Positions 11,159 to 21,924 of a DNA stretch of 64,000 nt are shown piece after piece (position 1 is the stretch's first letter; each line of letters opens with the position of its first letter). Source of the stretch: Candidatus Latescibacterota bacterium (lineage in GTDB: Bacteria > Latescibacterota > UBA2968); contig OZ240241.1 of assembly GCA_965198115.1 (NCBI GenBank), forward strand, positions 4,832,001-4,896,000. The letters run 5' to 3'. The notes under the pieces were generated by a model. It saw nothing but the letters and a program-made list of their open reading frames with translations. It was not told where the DNA came from and did no database searches. Position numbers and translations under genes: made by a program.

Positions 11159-11290
11159 TCCGGCCCGGGGGAAGTGTTCATAGAGGTGGGCATCTAAAGG
11201 CTATCCAGGTCGAACAGGGCATTACTGGAGCCTTCAATTCACAAAAACCGGTAAAATTTCCCTTGTTCGTACCGGATCGTAGCTTAAAAG

Positions 11291-12710
11291 GGCTCTATCC
11301 GGGTTTCTCAACGGTGAAACTATAGAATGACAAGGTCATAGATCGTTCCCTACGCTTGGTTGTGTGTGTAGGACAATCAAAGCGAAGGGGGTGCGACCTA
11401 TGACCGGGAGCAGATTACTATCGAAACTGCTGAGATTCAAGGGGTTCCGTGTTGTCAGCTGGTGGTTTGAGGGGAGAAGCTGTTTCGTCATCGCCGTAAA
11501 GCCACATAAGAATGGTTGTTGTTGTCCGGAGTGCGGCCGTCGAGGTAAAATCGTCCGCACAATGCCCCATCCGCGTCGGTGGCGTGACATTCCGGTGTGC
11601 GGGTGGAGGGTCTGGCTTCTCTACCATCCTCGGGAGATTCGGTGTCCTACCCACGGTCGTGTGGTCGAGGAGATTCCGTGGGCGGAGCGGTTCTCTCGGG
11701 TGACGTATCGCTTCGAGTATGCCATGCTGCGCTACTGCCAGACCATGACGCAGAAGGCGGCGTCCGAGTTACTGCGCATCTCTGCCTCGACGCTGTCGGA
11801 TCTCCTTCACCGATCCATCACGCGGCTTCGTGAAGGTCATCGTATCCGAGGGCTCAAAACCATCGGGATCGACGAGATCTCCTACGCCAAGCGTCACAGG
11901 TACGCCACGCTCGTTTACGATCTGGACCGCTCCTGCGTGGTGTGGGTTGGCCGCGGCAGGGCGCGTAAAACGATCGATCGGTTCTTCACAGAGGCTCTCA
12001 GTCCCTACCGGAGATCCAAGATCGAGTGGGCCTGCTGCGACATGAGCGAAGCTTACATCGGAGCCATCCAGGAACACTGTCCGAATGCCAAGCTGGTCCT
12101 CGATCGCTTTCACATCGTCAAGGCTCTCAATGCCGCCGTTGACGAGGTCCGTAAGGACCAGTGGCGTAAAGCTGCCCGGATGAGCGCAAAGCCATGAAGG
12201 GCCTCCGATGGCTCCTCTACCGGCACTCAGCGACACGCTCCAGAGGGGATACTCGGACACTCAAAGCACTGGAGAAGGCGAACTACCGAATCTATAGAGC
12301 CTGGAGACTCAAGGACGAGTTCGAGCAGTTCTGGGAATACAAAGCGCCCTGGGCTGCCGAACGCTTCCTGAAATGCTGGACGACGTCCGCACTCAGAAGT
12401 CGACTTGAACCCCTGCGAAAGTTCGTCAGGACCCTGCGACAGCACTTCTTCGGCGTCCTCGCATTCGTGAACACGCGTCTTACCAACGCCATCGCCGAAG
12501 GCCTCAACCGAATCGTCCAAATCGTCAAGAACCGAGCCAGCGGATTCCGCACACTCGACGCATTCAACGATATGATCTTCCTTACCGTCGGAGACATAAA
12601 CATCCCTGAGCAGATTCCGAAGAGGTTCCGCACACTCTAACCGCGCCCCCCATGCCAGGAACCACGGCACCTTCACCCACTTCATCTCGTTGAGAGATCC
12701 GGATATAGCC
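11291..12710 (+). mobile_element. ISL3-family IS, copy 2
   Basis: Near-identical to copy 1 in opposite orientation; flanks CTTAAAAG (left) and TTTTTTCT (right) do not match each other. Confidence 0.95.
11364..12640 (+). pseudogene. ISL3 transposase, frameshifted near 12175
   Basis: Same two-ORF split as copy 1. Confidence 0.9.
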
Positions 12711-12745
12711 TTTTTTCTTAGCCCCGGTGGCTCCGGGAGCCAGAT

Positions 12746-12765
12746 TTTTCCGATCGATCGGAAAA
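12746..12765. promoter_or_regulatory. Perfect 20-bp palindrome, possible operator
   Basis: TTTTCCGATCGATCGGAAAA, in DNA that belongs at or before the 5' end of the radical SAM gene. Confidence 0.35.
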
Positions 12766-12830
12766 TTAACTTGGAGGACAAAAATTCGCAGGGGGGCTCG
12801 TCGGACGACTAGATACGATAGACTGACACG

Positions 12831-13742
12831 TCAGTCGACGACGATGGGTTGCTTGATGTCCCTGCCGTCGAACGTGCGAGTGAGGGCGGTTTCCAGTTGC
12901 GTGAGTGTCCCGTCGTCGATGCTGCCACCGGGGTGGCGAACGCGACTGGATGACATAAGACCGCGCTGGCGGAAGATGTCCTTCCGGATGGCGACGCCGG
13001 GTTGGCCTTCGAAGACGATGAGGGGAAGGTAGCGTGTGTAGATGTCCATCACTCGACCGTGATCGTCGTTTCTCGCGGCGGCGACCATGGCCATCAGCAC
13101 CTCGGGGAACGCGAAGCCGGTCATGAATCCGTCTGCCCCTCGGGCGAGTTCGTATCCGCCGTAAAGGGCGCCGAGGCCTGTGAGGATGGGCAGCCTCCGA
13201 GTGGTCATCCCGGCGATCAGAGCGGCGACACGCGCGGGAGACGGAACGGCTTCCTGTTTGATGCAGGCGACGGCCTCGATCTCGGCGACCATTCGCAGGA
13301 CCAGGTCGAGCGGCATGTGAACCTGTGTGCTGATCGGATGATCCTGGAGGACGATGGGAAGTTCAATGGCGTCCGCAATGCGGGCGAAGTGCTCGTAGAT
13401 GCGTTGCGCATTTGGCGTCGGCTCTCGGTGGGGGGTGACCATGACACCCTTCGCTCCGAGGGCGTGAGCGGTCCGGCTCAGATCGATCGTGGCCTGGGTG
13501 CCGCTGTGACTCGTGCCGACGACGACGGGGATCCGATCATCTGCTGCTGCGACTGCGGTTTCTATCAGTCTCGATCGCTCGGCGTCGACCATCCGGTTCG
13601 CTTCGCCCAGCACACCGAGGATGGTGACGCCATCCACGCCGAGATCGACCATAAAGCGAATGATGTTCGCGAACGCTTCAGCGTCGAGCGATTCGTCTTC
13701 GTTGAAGGGCGTGGGGAGGATGGGGTAGACGCCGGTGAACAT
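12831..13742 (-). CDS. Dihydrodipicolinate synthase/aldolase family protein (not canonical DapA)
   Basis: GVYPILPTPF, GVLGE, IPVVVG and Schiff-base Lys in CIKQE; QDHP replaces YNIP. Confidence 0.9.
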   Translation of the reverse strand: MFTGVYPILPTPFNEDESLDAEAFANIIRFMVDLGVDGVTILGVLGEANRMVDAERSRLIETAVAAADDRIPVVVGTSHSGTQATIDLSRTAHALGAKGVMVTPHREPTPNAQRIYEHFARIADAIELPIVLQDHPISTQVHMPLDLVLRMVAEIEAVACIKQEAVPSPARVAALIAGMTTRRLPILTGLGALYGGYELARGADGFMTGFAFPEVLMAMVAAARNDDHGRVMDIYTRYLPLIVFEGQPGVAIRKDIFRQRGLMSSSRVRHPGGSIDDGTLTQLETALTRTFDGRDIKQPIVVD

Positions 13743-13772
13743 GCAAGCCTCGTGGACGGTAGACAGTGGACG

Positions 13773-14165
13773 TTACGGATTGATGATTTTGAGTCCCAAA
13801 TGTGTGGAGAAAGCGGAGTAGTAGCGATCGCAGTGGAGTAGGCCGATTCCCGTGTCAATGCAGAACGTCGCAATTAGACAGTCGACCGTGCTTCGTACCG
13901 TTAATCCCCTCGCGCGAAGTGTCCTGTAGTTCCTCGCAGACTTCACGGCTGTGGCGAGGTCGGTTTCGAAGATACTTAGCTTGGTCAGCTGTCGATAGAT
14001 CCGATTGGCTTCCCGATCTGACGCGGCTCCCTGAAGGCATTCACAAACGATCAGATCCAAAGACGCGAGGGGCTCGATTTGCAGGTTTTCATCGAGCCAT
14101 TGCGTGTGCGCGGTTTCGGTGCCTCGAAAGAAGTCGATCCAGACGGACGTATCGACAAGGGTCAA
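13773..14165 (-). CDS. vapC: VapC PIN-domain toxin
   Basis: LVDTSVWIDFFRG...ECLQG...LRARGLTVRSTVDCLIA...LLHCDR. Confidence 0.92.
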   Translation of the reverse strand: MTLVDTSVWIDFFRGTETAHTQWLDENLQIEPLASLDLIVCECLQGAASDREANRIYRQLTKLSIFETDLATAVKSARNYRTLRARGLTVRSTVDCLIATFCIDTGIGLLHCDRYYSAFSTHLGLKIINP

Positions 14166-14359
14166 AAGCGACTCTTTCTCATGTCATCGAGGTCGCCTTC
14201 CCACTGGATTTTGCCTTTCAGCCTTCGGATGTCACCTTGGGCCTGAATTCTCACCAACGCTTTTAGGCCTTCCTCAACAACTGCCCGCTTGGTCTTAAGC
14301 CCCGTAGCTTTCATCGCTCTGGTCATAAGATCGTCGTCGATCACGATGTTCGTTCTCAT
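14162..14359 (-). CDS. vapB: VapB antitoxin
   Basis: MRTNIVIDDDLM..AM..TG.KTKRAVVEEGL..L..WEGDLDDMR; overlaps vapC. Confidence 0.92.
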   Translation of the reverse strand: MRTNIVIDDDLMTRAMKATGLKTKRAVVEEGLKALVRIQAQGDIRRLKGKIQWEGDLDDMRKSRF

Positions 14360-14373
14360 TCGCTATCCTAAAA

Positions 14374-14403
14374 ATGTGTATTAATTTGAAATCCATGTGT
14401 ATT
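14374..14403. promoter_or_regulatory. Putative vapBC operator
   Basis: Direct repeat ATGTGTATT at 14374 and 14395, just upstream of vapB. Confidence 0.4.
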
Positions 14404-14463
14404 GAATGTAGCGAATCGGAGTGGTTGCGACAAGTTGTTCTCTCTCGTGCGCACGTAGCACGA

Positions 14464-16429
14464 TCAATAAACACGGATTCGGTTGTCGGTCGTGCCTGTT
14501 GCGATGTCGATCATCAACCAGAAGCCGGCGACGACAATCTGGCCGATGATGACGCCATAGGCTATGGGCCTGGATCGATCGTAGGCGCGCAGGCCACCCG
14601 CGCGGATGACGATGGACTTGAGCGCCCAGGCGACAAGGAACGGAAACCAAAGGGAGGTCATGATCCAGGCGGGGCTGACCATGTAGCCCAGCGGATGGAG
14701 CGGCCACCAGGTGAACCGATACGTCGCGAACGTAAGGAGCCCCATGACGGCCGCGCCGACACCGGTCCACATCCAGCCACCTGTGTTCGGCTGGGTCGGG
14801 TTTTGCATTTTGAGTGACGCAAGGTCGGGTGCGTATTTGGCGAAGCCCTGGAAGTACTGCTGATGCAGGTTGGCAGCGCCGTAGGCGTGTCCGAGCGAGA
14901 TCATGACGGTCACCGAGACGACGAGACTGAGGACCATCGCGCCGAGCAAGGCCCCGAAGTGCGGGCCTCGCGAACGGACCTCCTCGTCGTGGGCAACGCG
15001 GACCGCGTGAGCAACGGGCGCCATCATGAAGGAGAGGAGGTCGCCGACCCACACGAGAGTGAATGACAAGGCGACAAGGCCGGCCGTGCCGATGGCGTCG
15101 GTCCCGAAGGCCGACAACGTGAATCCGAGGGGGATCATGGCGGGGACGATCGTTGCCAACCCGCCGTCAACGATGGCGCGGGTGAGTGACATGAAGATGA
15201 CCAGGGCACTGACGATGACGGCGAACGCGATCCAGATGGGCAGCCCGGCTCGCGTCATCCATCCAACCAGGATGGAGAACCCGATCAGTAGGCCCAGAAC
15301 GGCCGTGCAATCACGTACGATTTCTCGGCCATCGTCGATGTTCCCACGCGCGCGGCGATACACGTCTCGCAGGTGGTCTCGTGCCGTCCATAATCCGAAG
15401 CCCACGAAAACCAGCATTGCGCCCATGCTCTGGTGTGAGAAGATCGGGTCGACCTGCCCGGAACCTGTTCAGGGCCCGAGCTTCTCGTTGTTGTAGATCC
15501 CGAGGATATCGCACGCGCCCTGTGCAAACTCGTGGAGCAGGTAAAAGACCCACAGGCTGAAGCTGAGGCGTGTGTTGACGAGATAGGCGAATCCGAGCAT
15601 CAGCGGATTGAGACGGAGTCGCAGATTGACTCGGTTCCGGAGGGTGACGAGGCGAGGGGCCTGGATGAACAGCTGCGGAAAGGTCGGAAAGTAGACGTGC
15701 AACGCCTCCAGCGAGCCGATCAGGAAGGGGAAGACGAACCCGGACCAGACTGCCTTCGACCGGAAGAATGGCGGGATCCGTCGATCGTCCACTTCAGCCA
15801 TCGCGAGTGGGACCTGCATCACGGGGTAAGGCAGCCGTTCGCGCTCCATCCATTGGCGACGCAGGATGACCATGAGAGACAGGATGGTGGTCCAAAGGGC
15901 GAGCAGCAGGATGAGCCAGCCTAGAAGCGGCTTCACCCAGGATGACCAGATGGCGGCTTCGCCTCTCGGTACCCCCTCATAGAAGGTGGCGCAGCCCATC
16001 GCTTGGTCCCACGACGATCCAGTCCTTCGTGTAGGGCAAGATGAGATCCGCCCATTGGTTCTCGGCCGTCGCGTAGTAATGAGGGCCGCTGATCATAGAC
16101 AGCATGACACCCGTGACACCCCGCGTGGGGATCGCCGTCGCGACCATCATCATGGCGAAGATGACGAGGAGTTCCGGCTTGTTCAGGGCAGCGGATGTCG
16201 AGGATCGGCGCAGGAAGGGGTTGATGAAGAGGACGAGGACGAAGAAGAGAAAGAAGGCTGCGGGGGTGAGGCTCGACAGACCGAGGCGACTGCCTTTGAC
16301 GAGCATCTCGTTGTAGGGGGTCATCACAGCGATGACCGCGACAAAAGTTGCACCGGTTAGGAGCGCACCAGGCCGAATGCGCGAGGTCTGAGGTTCGGGC
16401 CGTGGATGCTCGGTCAGTGGGAGGGCCAC
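14464..16429 (-). CDS. Large multi-TM protein of DUF6785/DUF6784 type, split by two frameshifts (near 15980 and 15460)
   Basis: Three consecutive hydrophobic ORFs with ELLVIFAMM, LRRQW.ERERLPYP, SFSLWVFYL, WWPLHPLGY and AWALKSIVIRAGG motifs. Confidence 0.8.
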
Positions 16430-16433
16430 GCGC

Positions 16434-16805
16434 TCACGTCTCCGATGATCTGTGGCGCCGATAGGCGACCGAGTAAATGGCGAAGTTGATTAGGAGCAGC
16501 GCGAATCCGAGGAACAGTTGGACGTTTCGCGTTAGGTCGGCCGGATAGATGATCGGCAACAGGTAGTGTCCGATAAAACTCTCCGAGTAGACGGACGAAC
16601 CGCCTGCGCGTCGGAGCGCATTCTCCAGCGGCGTGAGCGGACAGAGCCATCCGAAAAACTCGAGCATCCCGCCCCATACGACAGCAGGAAGGTGAACCCA
16701 CGGCAGCCACCGCCATCGGAGAACGAGCACGCCACCGAGAACGACGAAGACGATGAAAGTGAGATGCAGGAGTACGACGGCATCGGCGAGGGCCTGGTAG
16801 AGCAT
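16434..16805 (-). CDS. DUF2784 membrane protein
   Basis: LADAVVLLHLTFIVFVVLGG...HLPAVVWG...CPLTPLEN.LR..FI.HY..PIIYP. Confidence 0.9.
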   Translation of the reverse strand: MLYQALADAVVLLHLTFIVFVVLGGVLVLRWRWLPWVHLPAVVWGGMLEFFGWLCPLTPLENALRRAGGSSVYSESFIGHYLLPIIYPADLTRNVQLFLGFALLLINFAIYSVAYRRHRSSET

Positions 16806-16846
16806 TGGCGGACAGAAGTTTCAGACTACGAGGAAACTGGCCGTGA

Positions 16847-17245
16847 TCACGATTCGTAGTGCTGACCGAACGCGATGAGGTAGCCGTCGGGATCGCGAAC
16901 CGCGAACTCTTTCATATCGTACTCTCGCTGAATGCAAGGCGCGTATTCGATTCGCGCGCCGTTCGCTTTGACCTCCGAAAAGAGCACGTCGGCATCGTTG
17001 ATCCAGACGTAGGCGTCCCAGTGTTCTTCCTGGTTGCCATTGGGGGTGACGGCGGCGCCTTCGAAGACTTCCTTGAGCATAAAGATGAATCCGTCGCGAG
17101 ACGGCATGGCGAAACTGGGCGGATCGCCCCAGAGCTTCGGCTTGTTGAACCCGAGGACCTTGTGATAGTAGTCGAGCGATTCCACTAGGTTTCGTACGAA
17201 AAAGAAGGGGGCCGTTCCCTTGAACTGCGTCTCGGGCGAAGCCAT
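16847..17245 (-). CDS. VOC/glyoxalase family protein
   Basis: SLDYY.KVLGF and EYDMKEFAVRDPDGYLIAFGQ. Confidence 0.9.
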   Translation of the reverse strand: MASPETQFKGTAPFFFVRNLVESLDYYHKVLGFNKPKLWGDPPSFAMPSRDGFIFMLKEVFEGAAVTPNGNQEEHWDAYVWINDADVLFSEVKANGARIEYAPCIQREYDMKEFAVRDPDGYLIAFGQHYES

Positions 17246-17285
17246 CGATTTTCCTCCGGATGTGTACGTGTCGTTTCTCGGCCCT

Positions 17286-18407
17286 TCACTTCGTGTCGAG
17301 TTTCAGCACGCGGGCGGCCGTTTCCCCCATGATGGCGGAAAGCGCGTCCTCGTTCAAGAATGCGCAATCCTTCTCGATCCACCTGCGGGATTGCCGGTAG
17401 GTGCAGAAGCGGTTCTGGAACGGCATGTCGGTGCCCCACATCAGTCGATTCGGACCGACGCGCTCGACCATTTCTTCCACGACCGGCCACAACTCGCGAT
17501 ACGGGTAGTCGAACCAATCGCCGAGGCGAACGGGCAAGCAGAGCTCGAGGTAACAGTTCGTGTGGGTGAAGGGTTCCCACACTGCTTCCGGTATGACGAT
17601 GCGATCGTTCTCGCGCATCAGTCGATAGGGAAAGCCGTGGGTGAGGCCGCAGGGCGTATCGGGATACCGTTCCATCCAGCGCATCAGGATCCGTTGCTGT
17701 TCGATGTAGCCTTCGATGTGACCGGCCGTGCTGGCATCGCTCGCGCGGTTGGTTCCGAGAGTGAAGAAGACGGGGAGATCGAACGCCGCGGCGGCTTCCC
17801 AGAACGGACGATACGGACCGTCGTCCCACGCCTCATTGCAGTGGAGATAGGCCAGGTCGGGAATGAACTTGATGGCGTGTAACCCGTGCGTCCGAATAGC
17901 GACTGCCAGTTTATCGATGACGGCGTCCGTTTCTGCGACAATGCGCCACTCGTCGACCGGGGCCATCGAACGAAGTCGATCGGGGTAGGCCCTCACGCAT
18001 TCGGCCTGAAATTCACTCGCGCGGCCGAGCGTGGGATCGGTGTGTAACAGCGCGACATCGACACCGGCATAGTCCATTTCGGCGATCAGGCTGTGAGGGG
18101 TGAATTCGAGATTGCGAAGGTTGGGGGGCATCCAGTATTTGGTGTAGTCCTGGCCGTCGATCGTCCAGACGACGCGCCCGCGGTCGTGATCTGCGCGAAA
18201 CACCACGTCGGGTAGATCGTCAAGGTCGTTAAAGCCACCGGGTGCGAGCGCCGCCGCGTCGGCCGACGAGCGATCCGACAGCCGCATCGCGGGCTGGTGA
18301 TGGCCTGCATTCGCGGTCTGCAACCAGTTGAGATGTTCGGCTGAGCTCGCGTGTCCGGCCGGGGTGTCAGCTGGTGTGAAGCAGTATGCGTGAGCGTCGA
18401 CGATCAA
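17286..18407 (-). CDS. Amidohydrolase_2 family protein
   Basis: IVDAHAY, MDYAGVDVALL and RLMWGTDMPF. Confidence 0.88.
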   Translation of the reverse strand: MIVDAHAYCFTPADTPAGHASSAEHLNWLQTANAGHHQPAMRLSDRSSADAAALAPGGFNDLDDLPDVVFRADHDRGRVVWTIDGQDYTKYWMPPNLRNLEFTPHSLIAEMDYAGVDVALLHTDPTLGRASEFQAECVRAYPDRLRSMAPVDEWRIVAETDAVIDKLAVAIRTHGLHAIKFIPDLAYLHCNEAWDDGPYRPFWEAAAAFDLPVFFTLGTNRASDASTAGHIEGYIEQQRILMRWMERYPDTPCGLTHGFPYRLMRENDRIVIPEAVWEPFTHTNCYLELCLPVRLGDWFDYPYRELWPVVEEMVERVGPNRLMWGTDMPFQNRFCTYRQSRRWIEKDCAFLNEDALSAIMGETAARVLKLDTK

Positions 18408-18626
18408 TCTTCTCTCCTCGTTTGTCAGAGTCTTGTCCGATAGTATCGCCCCGAGTCGATGATTTGTCGAGGATGTGAGGATAGTTCGATTGCTTCGCGC
18501 CGCCAGACTTTGGAGGATTATGAAATGTCGTCCCCAGAAACTTGCAGCATCCTGAAGCGATTACGCGTGGGTCTTGGCTTACTGTTCTGTCTGCGTCGGC
18601 ACGACTTTCGAGCGGCCGGGACATTC

Positions 18627-20057
18627 ATGAGCACGTTTTATGGCGGGCGTGTCTTGCCTGTTCGTGTTCTTCGGATGTGGGGATGGGCTCTGGGTCAAAT
18701 GTTTGGAGAGATTCCTCGTGCGCTGGCGTCTGTCACGTTCGACAAAGAAGTGTCCCGGACGCCGATCTGGCTTGCCGAGGGGAACCGGTTGGCAAACCAT
18801 CCGTGGGAGAAAGATCCACAGACCGAGCTACCCGAATCGGTGGACGCCGTCATCATCGGCGCCGGGATGACTGGAGCGGGCTGCGCTTATCATTGGTCAA
18901 AACAGGCCGATGCCGAAACCGCCGCCGTGTTGGAAATGCACGATCCCGCGTGGGGCGCGAGCGGACGGAACGAAGGCCTCGTGGTGATGGGGCGCTACTT
19001 TGCGATGGTGCGTGACACGGTGCGTCCCCACCTGGAAAAGGTCCGATCGGATCTGGATGCGGACAGTCGGACCCACCTGGCGGAGCAGTTTGCGGCTGCC
19101 TACACACGTAGCGCCTACAAGAACGCCGATCTGATCGAACAGACGATTCGCGAAGAGGGGTTCGACTGCGATTACGCGCGCGAGGGTTGGATCCAGGCAA
19201 GAGCCAGGGCGGATCAGGCGTCGTTGAGAGAATCGGTTGAAGCCGGATACGCACACGGGTTCGAAGACTGGACGTCGATGGCGCCGGAGGAGGTGCGCGA
19301 ATCGGGTGGGATGATCGTGGATGCGCCGGCTGGATTTTCCAAGCGGGCAGCTTCTTTCCATCCGGCGAAGTGGGTGTGGAGCCTGTTGGAGAAGGCAATG
19401 GAACGGCCGAATGTCCGACTCTTCACGCGAACGCGTGTGACCGGTGTCGAGCGAGACGGCGACGACTATCGCGTCCACACCAATAGGGGTGTCGTTCTGG
19501 CGCGATCGGTGATTAACGCGATCGAGTCGCACACGGCTTCGCTGCACGAGCGATATGGCGAGTTCATCTATCCCAGACAGACGCAGGCCGCGTTCGGAGA
19601 TGGTGGCCCGAGCACAATGAAACCGCACATCGGGTTGAGTGGGATGCAGGGCTGGTTCGGCCGTCACTGGGGAGGCGTGATGGTAGGGTCGGATAATACG
19701 CGGATACCGGCGCGTCGGGCTAATTGCATCAACCCATCGCGATTCATCACCGGCTTCTTACTGGGGCAATTGCAGAGACACTTCGGCCGGAGTCGAGTTC
19801 ATATCACGCACGAGTGGAGCGGGACGCCCGGGTTCACGGATGATGAGTTTCCGGTGGTCGGTGTACTCGATGATCATCGGCAGTATGTGATCGGGGGGAT
19901 GTGTGGGTCAGGGACCGCGGTTTCGTTCAACGGTGCCCGACACGTGGTGCAGAAGACGCTCGGGTTGGAGGGGCCGGACGACTATCCGGAAGCATATTTC
20001 GCCCCGAGCCGTCTGCTGGACCCGGAAAACCACGACTGGCCAAACATCGCAGACTGA
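18627..20057 (+). CDS. FAD-dependent oxidoreductase (DAO/PuuB-like)
   Basis: VIIGAGMTG, GASGRNEG, FHPAK, WSGTPGFT.DEFPVVG and GGMCGSG; start chosen at ATG 18627. Confidence 0.88.
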   Translation: MSTFYGGRVLPVRVLRMWGWALGQMFGEIPRALASVTFDKEVSRTPIWLAEGNRLANHPWEKDPQTELPESVDAVIIGAGMTGAGCAYHWSKQADAETAAVLEMHDPAWGASGRNEGLVVMGRYFAMVRDTVRPHLEKVRSDLDADSRTHLAEQFAAAYTRSAYKNADLIEQTIREEGFDCDYAREGWIQARARADQASLRESVEAGYAHGFEDWTSMAPEEVRESGGMIVDAPAGFSKRAASFHPAKWVWSLLEKAMERPNVRLFTRTRVTGVERDGDDYRVHTNRGVVLARSVINAIESHTASLHERYGEFIYPRQTQAAFGDGGPSTMKPHIGLSGMQGWFGRHWGGVMVGSDNTRIPARRANCINPSRFITGFLLGQLQRHFGRSRVHITHEWSGTPGFTDDEFPVVGVLDDHRQYVIGGMCGSGTAVSFNGARHVVQKTLGLEGPDDYPEAYFAPSRLLDPENHDWPNIAD

Positions 20058-20099
20058 GGCACTCACGTACCCTGGTCTTCTTTTTACGAGGATGGTCCA

Positions 20100-20594
20100 A
20101 TGGATCCGCTTTCACTGTTTGGAATGCAGTTCACGCTCTCGTTGGTCATCTTTGCCCTGATCTCGAAGTGGTATATCTCGCCGGCGCTCGACAAGCGTTC
20201 AACAGAGGATGCGCTCGTCCCGCTTTTCCTCGTCCACACGCTTCGTTATCTGCCGTCGAGCGGTTTTGCGCCAGGACAGCTCGACCCGGAGATTCCAATG
20301 GCGGCGATGTCGAGGATCGCCTACGGTGACCTCGCTTCGGCCGTTCTGGCGTTGGTGGCTGTTCTGTTTCTCAGGTTCCGCTGGCCTGCGGCAACGGCAG
20401 TCGCGTGGGTCGTCAACATTCTAATGAGCCTGGACTGGCTCTACGCGACGAGGCTCGCCGCATCGAACGAGCTGGTGACCTACGAGATGGGTGGGAACTG
20501 GTACATCGTCAGTTACTACGTTCCGGTTCTCGCGGTTGTGCACGTCATGATTTTTCAACGCCTATTCAGAGGCCGTCGCTCGTTTACGACCTAG
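20100..20594 (+). CDS. Hypothetical integral membrane protein
   Basis: Four hydrophobic helices, HTLRY and AYGDL motifs, GAGG RBS. Confidence 0.75.
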   Translation: MDPLSLFGMQFTLSLVIFALISKWYISPALDKRSTEDALVPLFLVHTLRYLPSSGFAPGQLDPEIPMAAMSRIAYGDLASAVLALVAVLFLRFRWPAATAVAWVVNILMSLDWLYATRLAASNELVTYEMGGNWYIVSYYVPVLAVVHVMIFQRLFRGRRSFTT

Positions 20595-20952
20595 CCCCGC
20601 CAGGCATTCCGTCAATACGGAACCCAACGTCCTATGCCCGATGAACTCGATCGGGAAAGCGGAAACTGTAGAGGTGTGTTGCAGGAGAGGCGGCGCAATC
20701 CGTGTTGCTGCGGGAATGAGGAGAGCCTTCGAACTGCAAGGTTAGCTCGAAGATTACTTCCGTAGCTCGGGTGTGTGGAGGGGATTGGCTCGGTTGTCGG
20801 GCATCAACAAGCGTACGTCAAGAAAGTCGGCGTGCGCGACGTAGGTCATGGTGCCCTTTCTCCGCACGGCTTTCATGAGAATAGCACGCAGCAACCTGCT
20901 GCCGGTGCGAAACGGGCCAAGGGTGCTCGTCAAGATGCGGAATGCGGCCAAT

Positions 20953-21924
20953 CTAAGCGGCGTCATCAACACGCTGGGCGATCCCCTTCCTGTCGAGCCA
21001 TTCTGCGGCGAGAAGGTAGTCCGTGCCAAGGGGAATACAGTATCTGTCATCCATCCACAACGGATTGATGACGACGTTCTTTTCTAGTCCGTTCAGCAGT
21101 CTGTCGAAAACGGGCGAATCCAAATAGGCGAGGCCGAATGGATAGAGGAACTGGGTTCGACGCGAAGTCGTTGACCAATCGTACAAGCCGTCCTCATCCA
21201 CGATCTGGTCCAGATAGGCCGCACAGGCCATCATGGAATCCATGACACTCGAACAACCTGTAAGGCGATGATATCCGGCCAGTAGCGACAGAGTGATCGT
21301 CGCATAGCCGACGTCCGGCCCGTCGTATTCCCCATAGCACCCGCTGTCGAGCTGGTGTTTCACGATCTTCTCGAACTTTTCCCGCGCACCTTCACGGTAT
21401 TTTTCATCGCCGGTGATGTTGGCGATACACTCCAATGCCTGGCAAGCACCAGCCATCTGATTCGCGACTGCCACGTTGTCGTTTCGCATCAGCCAATCGC
21501 TTGTTGTGCGGAAATCGATCTCGCACGGACCGTCCAGACGGATCCAAGCATCCGCCACTGCCTGTGTCGACATGGCAGTTGCACAGAACGACCGTTCATA
21601 CGGGTAAACTTCGTTCAGCGACCCGTCTTGATTGCGAATAGAAGCCCAATAGCGCACCGCATCGGACACGAGCTGTCTCAATGCCGGTTCGGCGTTGACC
21701 CTGAGTTGGGGCAGCGCTACGGCAAAGAATCGGACGGCTTCCTGAAAGCGCGCGTTGGCTACATCGTGTAGCCTGTAACACCAGTAGTAGCGATCGAAAC
21801 ACCCGTCCGTCTGCCCCGTGCCCGTTCGATCGCACAGGCCGAGCAACCGCTCGCTCAGAACCAGCGCCTTCGACCTTAGCAGTGTACTGGTTTCGAGGGA
21901 ATCTATGTCAGGGGAACTTGGCAT
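20953..21924 (-). CDS. Hypothetical alpha/alpha-toroid protein of the type seen in glycan-biosynthesis clusters
   Basis: GCFDRYYW, EVYPYERSFCATA, ANQMAG, Q.DSG.YGEYDGPDVGY and SRRTQFLYPFG; overlaps the radical SAM stop. Confidence 0.7.
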   Translation of the reverse strand: MPSSPDIDSLETSTLLRSKALVLSERLLGLCDRTGTGQTDGCFDRYYWCYRLHDVANARFQEAVRFFAVALPQLRVNAEPALRQLVSDAVRYWASIRNQDGSLNEVYPYERSFCATAMSTQAVADAWIRLDGPCEIDFRTTSDWLMRNDNVAVANQMAGACQALECIANITGDEKYREGAREKFEKIVKHQLDSGCYGEYDGPDVGYATITLSLLAGYHRLTGCSSVMDSMMACAAYLDQIVDEDGLYDWSTTSRRTQFLYPFGLAYLDSPVFDRLLNGLEKNVVINPLWMDDRYCIPLGTDYLLAAEWLDRKGIAQRVDDAA

